From: Cenarchaeum sp.
GTDB lineage: Archaea > Thermoproteota > Nitrososphaeria > Nitrososphaerales > Nitrosopumilaceae
NCBI GenBank assembly: GCA_965206845.1
Contig: OZ242221.1
Location: 32,001 to 96,000 of the forward strand
Direction: 5' to 3'
DNA length: 64,000 nucleotides
Position 1 is the stretch's first letter. Every line of letters begins with the position of its first letter. Under the pieces are notes generated by a model, which was given only the letters and a program-made list of their open reading frames with translations, made no database searches and was not told the DNA's origin. Positions 8,662 through 18,316 of this stretch are shown here, in pieces. Position numbers and translations under genes: made by a program.

Positions 8662-10347
8662 ATGCCCATAATGCAAAAAATAACGATACTGGGTCTTGCC
8701 GCGGCCATATCCATGATGTCCTGCATCGTGTCAGTTGCTGAGGCAGAGCCGATCCCCTCACCATACCAACAGGTGCGGGACGGAACGCCGGTGGGCGAGG
8801 TGGTGTGCGCCGGAGACCGCATGCTGATGCTGTCGCCGTCAGGTATGCCGGCGTGCGTCTTTGCAGGATCGGTGGAGGTGCTGGAACGGCGCGGATTCGT
8901 ACTGCTATCCGAGGTGCCCCGTGACGATCTTTCGACAAAACAGCCAGGAGCATCGGAAAAAGCAGGAGGAACCGGCAGTCCGGACGCGTCCAAAACGGGC
9001 GACAGGCCGTTCGTCACCACTTGGTGGACCGCCTCGCCGAACGAGTCGATAACCATCCCGGTGGGGAGCTCTACGGGAGCGTACACTGTAGACTGGGGCG
9101 ATGGAACCGTAACAAGCGTCACCGGGGACGCATCGCATGCTTACGCTAGTCCCGGAGAGTACCGGGTCGTCATATCCGGCGACTTTACAAGAATCTATCT
9201 CAACGGCGGCCCCAATGCGGAAAAGCTGCAATCTATAGATCAGTGGGGCGACATCCAATGGGAATCGATGAACCTGGCATTTGGGGGAGCGACAAACATG
9301 GTGTACCGTGCGACTGACGTCCCCGATCTCTCAGGCGTGACTGACATGGATTGGATGTTCAGCGGTGCCGCCTCCTTCAACGGCGACATCTCTGAATGGG
9401 ACGTCTCATGGGTGACTGACATGTCCAGAATGTTCGCCAATGCCGCCTCCTTCAACGGCGACATCTCTGAATGGGACGTCTCGGGGGTGACTGACATGTC
9501 TGACATGTTCGCCGGCGCCTCCTCCTTCAACGGCGACATCTCTGAATGGGACGTCTCGGGTGTGACTGGCATGTCTCAAATGTTCGCCGGTGCCGACTCC
9601 TTCAACGGCGACATCTCCCCGTGGGACGTCTCGGGCGTGACTGACATGTCCGGAATGTTCGCCGGTGCCGCCTCCTTCAACGGCGACATCTCTGAATGGG
9701 ACGTCTCAGGCGTGACTGACATGTCCGGAATGTTCGCCTTCACCGCCTCCTTCAACGGCGACATCTCCCCGTGGGACGTCTCAGGCGTGACTGGCATGTC
9801 CCGAATGTTCGCCAATGCCGCCTCCTTCAACGGCGACATCTCTGAATGGGACGTCTCAGGCGTGACTGGCATGTCCCGAATGTTCGCCAATGCCGCCTCC
9901 TTCAACGGCGACATCTCTGAATGGGACGTCTCAGGCGTGACTGACATGTCCGGAATGTTCGCCGGTGCCGCCTCCTTCAACGGCGACATCTCTGAATGGG
10001 ACGTCTCAGGCGTGACTGACATGTTCGCCATGTTCTTCGGTGCCGACTCCTTTACCCAGAATCTGGGCAGCTGGTACACCACGCTTGATGACACATCTAT
10101 TGACGACGGCGACGCTACTAGAACAGTCGGGAATATTTCGGCACAAAACTCCTTCCTTGGCGGCCAGTCTCTTAGATACAGCATAGTCCCAGGCGGAGAT
10201 GGTGACGCCTTTGAAATTGACGGAACTGTCCTGAAGCTAAAATCAACTCCAAATTATGCCAGCAAGAGCTCTTACACCGTAACCATATCGTCGACTGGTG
10301 CGTTTGGCACATCCAACTCAGAGACGTTTAAGATCCGGGTAGTGTAG
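8662..10347 (+). CDS. secreted DUF285 (BspA-like surface repeat) protein with PKD-like and cadherin-like domains
   Basis: Signal peptide; thaumarchaeal SPxxQ..C..PACV module; PFVTTW/YTVDWGDG domain; 25-aa repeats VTDMSxMFAxAxSFNGDISEWDVSG; C-terminal cadherin-like ..FEIDG..LKLK..PNY..KSSY. Confidence 0.9.
   Translation: MPIMQKITILGLAAAISMMSCIVSVAEAEPIPSPYQQVRDGTPVGEVVCAGDRMLMLSPSGMPACVFAGSVEVLERRGFVLLSEVPRDDLSTKQPGASEKAGGTGSPDASKTGDRPFVTTWWTASPNESITIPVGSSTGAYTVDWGDGTVTSVTGDASHAYASPGEYRVVISGDFTRIYLNGGPNAEKLQSIDQWGDIQWESMNLAFGGATNMVYRATDVPDLSGVTDMDWMFSGAASFNGDISEWDVSWVTDMSRMFANAASFNGDISEWDVSGVTDMSDMFAGASSFNGDISEWDVSGVTGMSQMFAGADSFNGDISPWDVSGVTDMSGMFAGAASFNGDISEWDVSGVTDMSGMFAFTASFNGDISPWDVSGVTGMSRMFANAASFNGDISEWDVSGVTGMSRMFANAASFNGDISEWDVSGVTDMSGMFAGAASFNGDISEWDVSGVTDMFAMFFGADSFTQNLGSWYTTLDDTSIDDGDATRTVGNISAQNSFLGGQSLRYSIVPGGDGDAFEIDGTVLKLKSTPNYASKSSYTVTISSTGAFGTSNSETFKIRVV
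9331..10050 (+). repeat. 75-bp tandem repeat array (about 9.6 units) encoding DUF285 repeats
   Basis: ttcaacggcgacatc recurs at exact 75-bp spacing from 9376 to 9976. Confidence 0.95.
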
Positions 10348-10542
10348 ACATTTAGATCTGATGCAGGAGGCTGCCGGACGGTAAGCACTGGCGGCCCTGT
10401 CCAAGGACGGCACAAGCCCCATTTCTGTAGCCCAAAGCGCAGTATGCTTCTCCCAAGACAGGGACGATGCAAGCACGTTCCACGTTGAGCCGATCCGAGT
10501 CAGCCTTACAAACCTGTCAGGTTGCCAGCGCATGGCCTGAAT

Positions 10543-10620
10543 TACACTGTTCAATCTGCGAGACTTTTGGGTTTTTTCAGGAATGAAAACTGCGGAAACT
10601 CCCGAAGATTGAACAGCGTA
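10543..10620. mobile_element. 78-bp mini-MITE
   Basis: tacactgttcaatct ... agattgaacagcgta, 14/15 inverted match. Confidence 0.55.
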
Positions 10621-11102
10621 CTCCTGCAGAGTCTGTTAAATCTTGGTGGCCTGCCACGGGGATCAGCGTTAAGAGTAGGTGACCTGACAGAATCGGCGGC
10701 CTAGTGGGACAAAAAGAGAGAGGGATCAGATGGCGGCTTCGGCCTTGGCCGCTGCCTAGATCATGGTCTTCCACTTGTTGTTCCCCTCGATTCTGATGCC
10801 GGCCGCCTCGCTTGGGGTCTGGCCGCCCGACAGTCCAAAGACTTGATTCGTAATTAGCACTCAGGCACAAAATAGCTAGATTTTTGGCATAATCGCGTAG
10901 AATTTGCTTATTTTTATATGGGATTGCCCATCGTGCCGAATCAGGCGCAAGGGACTGTCAGAATGCACAGCTTCGTGACTAGGTGAAGGGGATCTGGCCC
11001 CACATCTGTGTCCGGGACGATGCCCATCAAAGAACGGTGCCTGCCAAAGGATGGCTTGCGTTTCACATTATATCTATATTGGACGAGCATCAGGGCGCAG
11101 GT

Positions 11103-12194
11103 ATGATAGAGATCCACGAGATCCAGAAGATTGTCGAGGAGTATGAGAACCCGAGGATCGGGGTTCTAGGCAGCCATTCGGCGCTTGAGGTCATGGACGG
11201 GGCAAAGGATGAGGGGTTTGCAACCGTAGTCATGTGCCAGAGAGGCAGGGAGGTACCATACAGGCGGTTTGGAAGGATCGCCGACGAGATCATGCTTTTT
11301 GACAGGTTCGGAGACATGGCATCATCTGGGAACCAGACGATTTTAAGGGACACGGAGACACTGATCGTTCCCCACCGCTCCCTTACGGCCTATTTGGGAT
11401 ACAAAACCATCGAGGAGGATCTCAGGGTGCCAATATTTGGCAACCGTTCGCTCTTTCAGGCAGAGGAGAGGGATCATCCGCGCAACCAGTACTATTTGTT
11501 GGAGAAGGCTGGGATAAGGCTCCCCAGGCTCTTCAAGGATCCGCAAGACATCAATGCACCATCCATAATCAAGGTGCAAGAGAAGGAGAGACGGCTGGAA
11601 CGCGCGTTCTTTACCGTGTCGTCGTACCAGGACTATCAGAAAAAGTCCGAAGAGAGGATCCGTCAGGGGATAATTGGCAGGGAGGATTTGGAGAAGGCAA
11701 GCATCGAGGAGATGGCGATAGGCACGTACATGAACTTCAACTACTTTCACACTCCAATCTCCGAGCATGTGGATTTTCTGGGAATAGAGAGGAGACTGCA
11801 GACCAACCTTCACGACTTTAACGCAATCCCCGCTAGGGAGCAGCTGGAGATGGATGTTGACCTGCAGAATATCGAGGTGGGCCACACCCCGGCATCCATC
11901 AGGGAATCACTCCTGGAGAAGGTCATCAAGATGGGCGACTCGTTCGTTGCGGCGGTCAGGAGGGAGTACCCGCCGGGAATAATCGGGCCCTTCTCACTGC
12001 AGAGCGTAATCACAAAGGATCTGGAGATGGTAGTATATGACGTCTCACTGCGGGTTCCAGGAAACCCGATTCTGGCAACCACGAGCCCATACACAAAATA
12101 CCAGTACGGCTCCACCTTTGGTGTGGGAAGAAGGATAGCCATGGAGCTCAAGCGCGCCCTGCAGCAGGACAGGCTCTCAGATGTCGTAACCTAG
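11103..12194 (+). CDS. purP: PurP-family FAICAR synthetase (ATP-grasp)
   Basis: IGVLGSHSALEVMDGAKDEGF, IVPHRS, GHTPASIRESLL, IGPFSLQ, YDVSLRVPG; start taken at MIEIHE. Confidence 0.9.
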   Translation: MIEIHEIQKIVEEYENPRIGVLGSHSALEVMDGAKDEGFATVVMCQRGREVPYRRFGRIADEIMLFDRFGDMASSGNQTILRDTETLIVPHRSLTAYLGYKTIEEDLRVPIFGNRSLFQAEERDHPRNQYYLLEKAGIRLPRLFKDPQDINAPSIIKVQEKERRLERAFFTVSSYQDYQKKSEERIRQGIIGREDLEKASIEEMAIGTYMNFNYFHTPISEHVDFLGIERRLQTNLHDFNAIPAREQLEMDVDLQNIEVGHTPASIRESLLEKVIKMGDSFVAAVRREYPPGIIGPFSLQSVITKDLEMVVYDVSLRVPGNPILATTSPYTKYQYGSTFGVGRRIAMELKRALQQDRLSDVVT

Positions 12195-12613
12195 GCCTCT
12201 GCTTCTTTTAGCAGCCTCTTTCGGATCAGGATGGGAATGTTGTAGAATGTTGCCAGCGCCAGGGCATCAGATGCCCTGTAGTTTCGTAAAACCAAGTCCC
12301 TTTTTCCCGCAAGGTATAGGTTTGCCCGCAGCACCTCGCCGCTGTCATACACCTTTACCTTGACCAGCACAAGCTCGTTGTGTTCGCATATCTCCTCTAG
12401 CATCTTGTATATCGTGGGCACCGAGTCGCCGGAGTTCTTTGTAAATCCGATTATGTGCCTGGCTACCTCCCCTGAGAACGCCCGCATGTGAAACTCCCTG
12501 CCATCATCGGACCTCAGTACAAGCATGCCCTCAAGGGCGTAAGGATCCACAAAGCCCACATGTGCGATACGGGCAATCTCATAGTCCGTCTCGGGCACTT
12601 GATCTATCTTCAA
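12191..12613 (-). CDS. bifunctional nuclease family protein (DUF151)
   Basis: PTIYKML, ANLYL, RASDALALA...PI pattern of BFN/DUF151. Confidence 0.8.
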   Translation of the reverse strand: MKIDQVPETDYEIARIAHVGFVDPYALEGMLVLRSDDGREFHMRAFSGEVARHIIGFTKNSGDSVPTIYKMLEEICEHNELVLVKVKVYDSGEVLRANLYLAGKRDLVLRNYRASDALALATFYNIPILIRKRLLKEAEA

Positions 12614-12855
12614 GCCGTGCTGTCTTTGCGTTTTGTGCTTATAAATATGACAGAGGGGTGTCGTATGAGATCAGATCCCACTTCATCTAGGAGCAAGCAC
12701 ATGCGCCAGGGCAACGCTTCACGCCTGACCCGGTGGGGTAGGCGACCTCGCACACCTGCTGGTGCCTGATCCTTGGGAGCGCTCTGACTCGATTGCTATG
12801 GCATGCACCGTCTCAGTATAATTATATGTATTATCTGTGCCTATATGAGATCCAC

Positions 12856-14823
12856 ATGTCAGCCACTCCTGAACGTTCCATATCCTATGTTGTTGCCAAG
12901 CCGGTCTCAGCCTATATGGATCTTGATGTGCTGGTTATGCGTGGGAGTATACCCACCAGAGACGCGGCCAGGGTTATGCAGCGCAGTGACAGGAATAACA
13001 TTGTGGTCGTAGACAGACAAAAGAAACCCATAGGCATAGTCACCAGCGCAAACATCTTAGACAAGGTGAGCGATGTCAACGTAAACGCAGAGCATACCGT
13101 GCTAGAGGATATAATGACCTCGCCGCTGGTTACCATAAGCAACCGGGCATCGCTGCAGGCCGCGCTGCACGCAATGCGGGACAACCATGTCAAGAAGCTC
13201 CCCGTGGTAAACAAGAAAGGGTTGGTCGTCGGGATCATCTTCCAGGCAAAGATCTCGCGAGCAATTCGTGACGCCATTATCATTCACCCGAGACTGCTCA
13301 GCCCCCCAGTAAAGGCGGTGCTGGGAAATCTTGGATTTGTGCTACAGTTTGCAGGTGTTCTGATGCTGGTGCCGGCAGTACTTGCAACCGTGCTGGGCGA
13401 CACTGTAACTGCCACAGGAATATACCTGACAACGGTGCTTCTGCTGGTTACGGGGTTCTTTCTCAACTCCTACGGTGAGAAGGCCAGCCTAAACATGCAG
13501 CAGTCGTCGATTTTGGTGTTTGCCAGCCTCTTCATACTGATTCTGTTTGGAACAATACCATACCTGTACTCGATTCCCTACGAGGTGGAGTCGCCCGTGG
13601 ATCTGTTTGCCAACGGCTTCTTCTCCAGCGCCGCTGGGTTTACCACCGGAGGAGTGTCACTCTTTGATCGGCCAGAAGATCTGCCCCAGTCGTTTACGTT
13701 TTATCGCAGCTACACACAGCTGGTGGGAGGAATGAGTTTCATCTATCTGGTGATGACTGCCTTTTACCCCGAAGACAAGCTGATTGCCATGAGGGGCTTT
13801 CTTACCGGGCGAAACCTCCGTATGAGGGAGCTCTTTGGAACCATAACCCTGATCTTTATGCTGTACATTGTCGTCATGGCAGTGCTACTGTACCTGTTTG
13901 GTGAGAGGAACTTTATCGATGACGTCTCCCTGGCTATGAGTACCGTGGCCACGGGCGGGTTTCTGCCCAATTCTACCATACTTGACGATCTTCAATGGTA
14001 CGAACACCTGGTGCTGATGTCTGGCATGATACTGGGGGCGCTTCCCTTTGTGCTTCACTACAGCCTTGTAAAGCCGCAGCTTGCGGTACCCAAGCTGGGA
14101 AGGGAGGTGCTGGCGTACTTTGCCATGCTGGCCGGCGGCGCCATGTTATTTCTGGCGATAAGCGGTTTGGAACCGCTGGAGAGTGTATTCTATGTCATCT
14201 CCGCTGGCAGTACTGCGGGACTGCAGTCAGCCAGCATAAGCGGCTTCAACGAGGCATCGCGCGCCATACTTGTAGTACTGATGTTTGTTGGCGGGTGTGG
14301 GTTTTCAACCGCGGGTGGGATCAAGGTATTCCGGTTTGTGCACATGTATGATGCAATATTTGTTCCGTTTCTCAGACGGCTGAGACAGGGCAAATGGATC
14401 CGACGCGGCGGTGCCAAGGGCACCAAGAAGACGTCCGGGAATATCCTGAAGATGGGCATCAAGGGTGACGGCAGAGCGGATGCCAAGGAGTTAGCCGGGG
14501 CTGTCCTGAAGAAGAGCATCACGGGGCAGATCGGCAAGGCGTTCGATGTCAGGAGGGACGTGGTGTCCACGGTTGTAGTTGTCGGGCTGTTTCCGCTAAT
14601 TGCGCTTGCCGTTGCGGGTCATCTGGCAGGCGTGTCCGACGTTCCTCTCGACATCGCATTCTTTGAGGCTGTGGGACTGATTACCACCGGGGGCCTGTCC
14701 GTAGACGTGATTAGCGTGGAGACCGATCCGGCAACAAAGATCGCCATGAGCTTTGTGATGATATTTGGTAGGCTTGAGATTATAGCGATACTGTACATCT
14801 TTCTGCCTCGGCTGGCAAGGTAA
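12856..14823 (+). CDS. trkH: TrkH-type K+ channel with N-terminal CBS pair
   Basis: Two CBS domains then membrane region with four P-loop motifs (FTTGG, ATGG, STAG, TTGG), FVGGCGFSTAGGIK and MIFGRLEI. Confidence 0.9.
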   Translation: MSATPERSISYVVAKPVSAYMDLDVLVMRGSIPTRDAARVMQRSDRNNIVVVDRQKKPIGIVTSANILDKVSDVNVNAEHTVLEDIMTSPLVTISNRASLQAALHAMRDNHVKKLPVVNKKGLVVGIIFQAKISRAIRDAIIIHPRLLSPPVKAVLGNLGFVLQFAGVLMLVPAVLATVLGDTVTATGIYLTTVLLLVTGFFLNSYGEKASLNMQQSSILVFASLFILILFGTIPYLYSIPYEVESPVDLFANGFFSSAAGFTTGGVSLFDRPEDLPQSFTFYRSYTQLVGGMSFIYLVMTAFYPEDKLIAMRGFLTGRNLRMRELFGTITLIFMLYIVVMAVLLYLFGERNFIDDVSLAMSTVATGGFLPNSTILDDLQWYEHLVLMSGMILGALPFVLHYSLVKPQLAVPKLGREVLAYFAMLAGGAMLFLAISGLEPLESVFYVISAGSTAGLQSASISGFNEASRAILVVLMFVGGCGFSTAGGIKVFRFVHMYDAIFVPFLRRLRQGKWIRRGGAKGTKKTSGNILKMGIKGDGRADAKELAGAVLKKSITGQIGKAFDVRRDVVSTVVVVGLFPLIALAVAGHLAGVSDVPLDIAFFEAVGLITTGGLSVDVISVETDPATKIAMSFVMIFGRLEIIAILYIFLPRLAR

Positions 14824-15034
14824 CGATCCATGGGCGCATCAGATCCGGTGCGACGACGTGCGTATGCCGTGGCCGGCATGCAAGAGCGCGAGATCCCCTG
14901 CAGGTGCCTGTCTAGGACACCGCATGGCAGGGTGTACGGGTGTGGTCAGGTGCTGTTTGCATCGCCGTGGGAGCAGGTTGCAGCATGGCCGCATTGGCAG
15001 TATGATTTAATTTGTAACCGCGATGTATACCCGT

Positions 15035-15844
15035 ATGCAGGTAGGTGTGGCAGGCAAAAGGGGACGAAGTCTGGTTGTTGCAGGTTTTGCCGCCATTGCC
15101 GGCCTCGTGTTGGTGTACTCGCGGTATCAGGATCCAAGGTATATCACTCCTGAAGCTGTGGATGACTTTCTGCGCATGGCGCTGGGATTCTACGTCGTGC
15201 TGCTGGTGGCCTTTGGCGGAATAGCTTACGGGCTGTACATGTATCACAAGGCCAAGACACAGGGCGACAGCGATCTGCTCTCTGTAATTGCGCGCGTCAC
15301 ATGGAACGCCAGGGCCAGAAAGATATTTGTCGCTACATCTCTGACGTACGGGCTGTTCTTCTCGCTGGCATCAGGAACCTTGGTGTATCAGCCAGAAGTG
15401 ACATTCTCGTACCACTACGGGGTGGATATACCGTCTGCCCACCTGGTTCCGTGCTGTGACGCGCCCGGATACATGCCAAAGCTGCTTGTATATCTCGACG
15501 AGCACGTTGGGCTGCAGATAGTGCCGATCAACCTGGTTCTACAGGTTGTGGTATCGTATCTGGTGGGACTCAATATGGCCATCGCAATGTCCGCCGTGTC
15601 CCTATCCGGGAAGAGGAAAGGCATCACCGGCGTGGGGGCGATAACGGGGCTCTTTATAGCATGTCCCACCTGTGTGGGCACGCTGTCCTCTGCATTTGTG
15701 GGTACCGCCGGCGGCATTGCGCTGTCGGTAACGCTGGTTCAGCTACAGACACTCTTTATTGCCATAGCGATTCCAGTGCTCTTTGCTACGCCGTTTATAC
15801 TGGCAAGAAAACTGAGGAACCCAGACGGCAGCTGTCGGGTGTAG
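15035..15844 (+). CDS. conserved membrane protein with Cys motifs
   Basis: About 6 hydrophobic segments, PCC and ACPTC motifs. Confidence 0.7.
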   Translation: MQVGVAGKRGRSLVVAGFAAIAGLVLVYSRYQDPRYITPEAVDDFLRMALGFYVVLLVAFGGIAYGLYMYHKAKTQGDSDLLSVIARVTWNARARKIFVATSLTYGLFFSLASGTLVYQPEVTFSYHYGVDIPSAHLVPCCDAPGYMPKLLVYLDEHVGLQIVPINLVLQVVVSYLVGLNMAIAMSAVSLSGKRKGITGVGAITGLFIACPTCVGTLSSAFVGTAGGIALSVTLVQLQTLFIAIAIPVLFATPFILARKLRNPDGSCRV

Positions 15845-15851
15845 TGTGGTG

Positions 15852-16103
15852 CTACTCGAGTGGCCTGACCTCGGGTGTCTTGTAGTTCCCGATGTCAAAG
15901 TTGTCCTGCCGCAGGTACTTGAGTGTGAGCTTGTAGACCAGTTCGTCGTGACCTGTCTTTGTCAGTATGTCCTTCCAGAGCACCCTGCCCTGTGCGCGTA
16001 TCTGCCCTTGCAGCTCCACGTTTAAGACCTTTGCAATCTTCTTACATTCGTCAAACGTCTTGCCGTTTCTGTAGGCCCTTGCCCTTGAGTCGCATCTATC
16101 CAT
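15852..16103 (-). CDS. conserved hypothetical protein
   Basis: 83-aa ORF with upstream TTAAAA box and host-like codon usage. Confidence 0.65.
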   Translation of the reverse strand: MDRCDSRARAYRNGKTFDECKKIAKVLNVELQGQIRAQGRVLWKDILTKTGHDELVYKLTLKYLRQDNFDIGNYKTPEVRPLE

Positions 16104-16313
16104 GTGCCATTCATGGTACGCCGCTATCCTTTTAACTCTTCTAGCCTGGACGCTCGATTATGAAATCTGCCTCCGCTTGGCTAGGGGCTAAACGCCCTCC
16201 TCCATATCTGCGCTATGCCGCCATCGCGATGTTTGCCATCCTATACAACGAGCGGTTCCACGCCGCTGCCACAAGTTAAAATTTTTATTATGAGTGGCCG
16301 TCACGCCGTTCTG

Positions 16314-16592
16314 TTGGGAGACAAGATCAAGTGCTCGCACATTCTGGTAAAGAAGATGGGCCAAGCAGAGGAGATTCTGGAGCGCCTAGGCAAGGGAGAA
16401 AAGTTCGGCAGGCTGGCCAAAGATCTGTCACTGGACTCACCTAGCGCCAAGCGGGACGGCAGTCTAGGATATTTTGTCCGCGGAAAGATGGTCAAGAAGT
16501 TCGACGATGCGGCATTCAAGCTGCAGGTGGGCGAGATCTCAAAACCCATCAAGACCGAGTACGGGTACCACATAATCAAAAGACTGGCATGA
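16314..16592 (+). CDS. parvulin-type peptidyl-prolyl isomerase
   Basis: KIKCSHILVK, GEKFGRLAK, DGSLGYF.RGKMV..F, PIKTEYGYHII; TTG start at 16314. Confidence 0.9.
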   Translation: MGDKIKCSHILVKKMGQAEEILERLGKGEKFGRLAKDLSLDSPSAKRDGSLGYFVRGKMVKKFDDAAFKLQVGEISKPIKTEYGYHIIKRLA

Positions 16593-18095
16593 TCAAGTGT
16601 ATGCGTCAAGGCCACGGATCGTATTCTGCCGATCCTGTACCATTCCAGACATCTCCTTCTCCACCCTCTTCGCAGAGACGATCTTTCTTTTGCCTATCCA
16701 GTGATATGCCTCGTCTATGGTGCCCTGTGCTATCAGAACCGTAAGCCTGCCGGCATCCCTCCTGCCTGTCCTGCCGCGTCTCTGAACATACCTGATGGAG
16801 CTGGGAACGTTGTCGTAAAAGATCACTTGATTTACTTCGGCTATGTCAAGACCCTCCTCGCCCACGCGGGTAGCAACCAGAACTCTGTATGCTCCAGTTC
16901 GGAACTTCTCTACTGCCTCCAACTGCTCCTTCTGTTTCAGTCCTGTCTCACCAGCCTTGCCGATCAGGATTCCGGCAGGAATGCCCATCTCCACCAGCTT
17001 TTGGTAAATCACATCCACCGAGTCGCGGTAGCTGGAGAAGATCAACACCTTTTCTGGAGTGCTGGCAAGCAACCTCTGAAGCTCCTGCATTTTGGGATGC
17101 TCTATTCCGCGTTTCTGCAGCTCCCCTGCTACTCTGATCGCCTTTCTGAACTGCAGATCCATCTCAAACAGCTCGCTGATTCCTGCTCCTTTCTTCTTTC
17201 TGGTGCGCTCGCAGAACCGCAGAAACGTTGTGACGCCGTGCGCCTCGAACATGTTGAGCGCATACATGATTCGAATCGCGGTAAACAGCGGCTTTGCGGA
17301 GCGCCTGTTCTGGTTCAGCACGTGCTGTCTGACCCTGAGAAGCTCCGACAGGGACGGCCGCTCGGTAATGCTGATTCCGTTTCTTCTCAGGGTGGTGCAG
17401 CGCTGGGCAAGTGCAGCCTTGAGGCAGGTCTGGATCAATTGCATCTCGTTGGACAGCTTCACCATGATCGACTCCGTGTGTGTTTGCTGGATGTACGGCA
17501 TCACATCTGGACTTGACTCGTCCCTGTGCGCCACGCTCTCGATTCGAAGCATCTTCATTATCTCGGTGGCCTTTACCCTATCGCTGGGAAGCGTGGCAGT
17601 CATTCCAAGTATCCTTGTATTTGTGGACACAAAGCGTGCGGCGATGCCCGAGTAGGCATAGTCGCCAACTGTACGGTGTACCTCATCAAATATTACCAGA
17701 CTAAACTGTGACGGCAGCACCAGACCCCTGTCTAGATCATTCCTTGTTATCTCTGGTGTTGCGCACACTATGCTGTTGTTCCAGAGCTTGGCTCTCTTGG
17801 CTACTGCATCCGCGCCGGTAACCAGAACCACGTCCTGTATCGTCATGCTGTTCCTTAGAAACTCATAGTGCTGGTTTACCAGCACCCTCGTAGGGGCAAG
17901 AAACAGAACCCCGCCACTGCCTCTAGAGATATACTCTGCTATTACCTGAAGCGCAACGGCAGTTTTTCCAAGTCCCGTGGGTAGCACCACAATGCAGTTT
18001 CCGTCCTTGGCCTGGCAGGCCAGGTTTACTTGGTAGTCCCTTCTCTCTATGCTGTTCTTTTTGATATACCGCTGGTCTAAAAAATCCATACCCAT
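16593..18095 (-). CDS. Hef/FANCM-like SF2 helicase (no nuclease domain)
   Basis: LPTGLGKT, DEVH, MTATL, VGEEGLDI, QRRGRTGR. Confidence 0.9.
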   Translation of the reverse strand: MGMDFLDQRYIKKNSIERRDYQVNLACQAKDGNCIVVLPTGLGKTAVALQVIAEYISRGSGGVLFLAPTRVLVNQHYEFLRNSMTIQDVVLVTGADAVAKRAKLWNNSIVCATPEITRNDLDRGLVLPSQFSLVIFDEVHRTVGDYAYSGIAARFVSTNTRILGMTATLPSDRVKATEIMKMLRIESVAHRDESSPDVMPYIQQTHTESIMVKLSNEMQLIQTCLKAALAQRCTTLRRNGISITERPSLSELLRVRQHVLNQNRRSAKPLFTAIRIMYALNMFEAHGVTTFLRFCERTRKKKGAGISELFEMDLQFRKAIRVAGELQKRGIEHPKMQELQRLLASTPEKVLIFSSYRDSVDVIYQKLVEMGIPAGILIGKAGETGLKQKEQLEAVEKFRTGAYRVLVATRVGEEGLDIAEVNQVIFYDNVPSSIRYVQRRGRTGRRDAGRLTVLIAQGTIDEAYHWIGKRKIVSAKRVEKEMSGMVQDRQNTIRGLDAYT

Positions 18096-18133
18096 ACACT
18101 TTGCTGTGATAAATTTATGGTTTCGGGTTTTGC

Positions 18134-18247
18134 TAGTTAGTTTCACAACCTAGGTCTTAACGGCACCTCTTTGATCCAAACGCGGGCGCTTGTGGCAGTT
18201 CTACGCCTCATGCTCTTGCGATCGCCTCCCGTGCCACTGCCAACAGA
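18134..18247 (-). mobile_element. 3' end remnant of an IS5-family element (homologous to 60961-61076)
   Basis: Reverse complement matches the end of the tnp fragment (LLAVAREAIARA vs LLVVAREAIAGA) and the terminus taagacctaggttgtgaaactaacta. Confidence 0.8.
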
Positions 18248-18316
18248 CGGGGGAGGAGTACCGTGCCGAGTGAGGGGGGAACTACTTTTCGTATTCCACA
18301 CACAGCCATCTTATAC

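Noticed and set aside
9331-10050. CRISPR array or DGR template/variable repeats
   Set aside because: Units are in-frame coding repeats without unique spacers; no cas or reverse transcriptase genes; variation is not adenine-specific.
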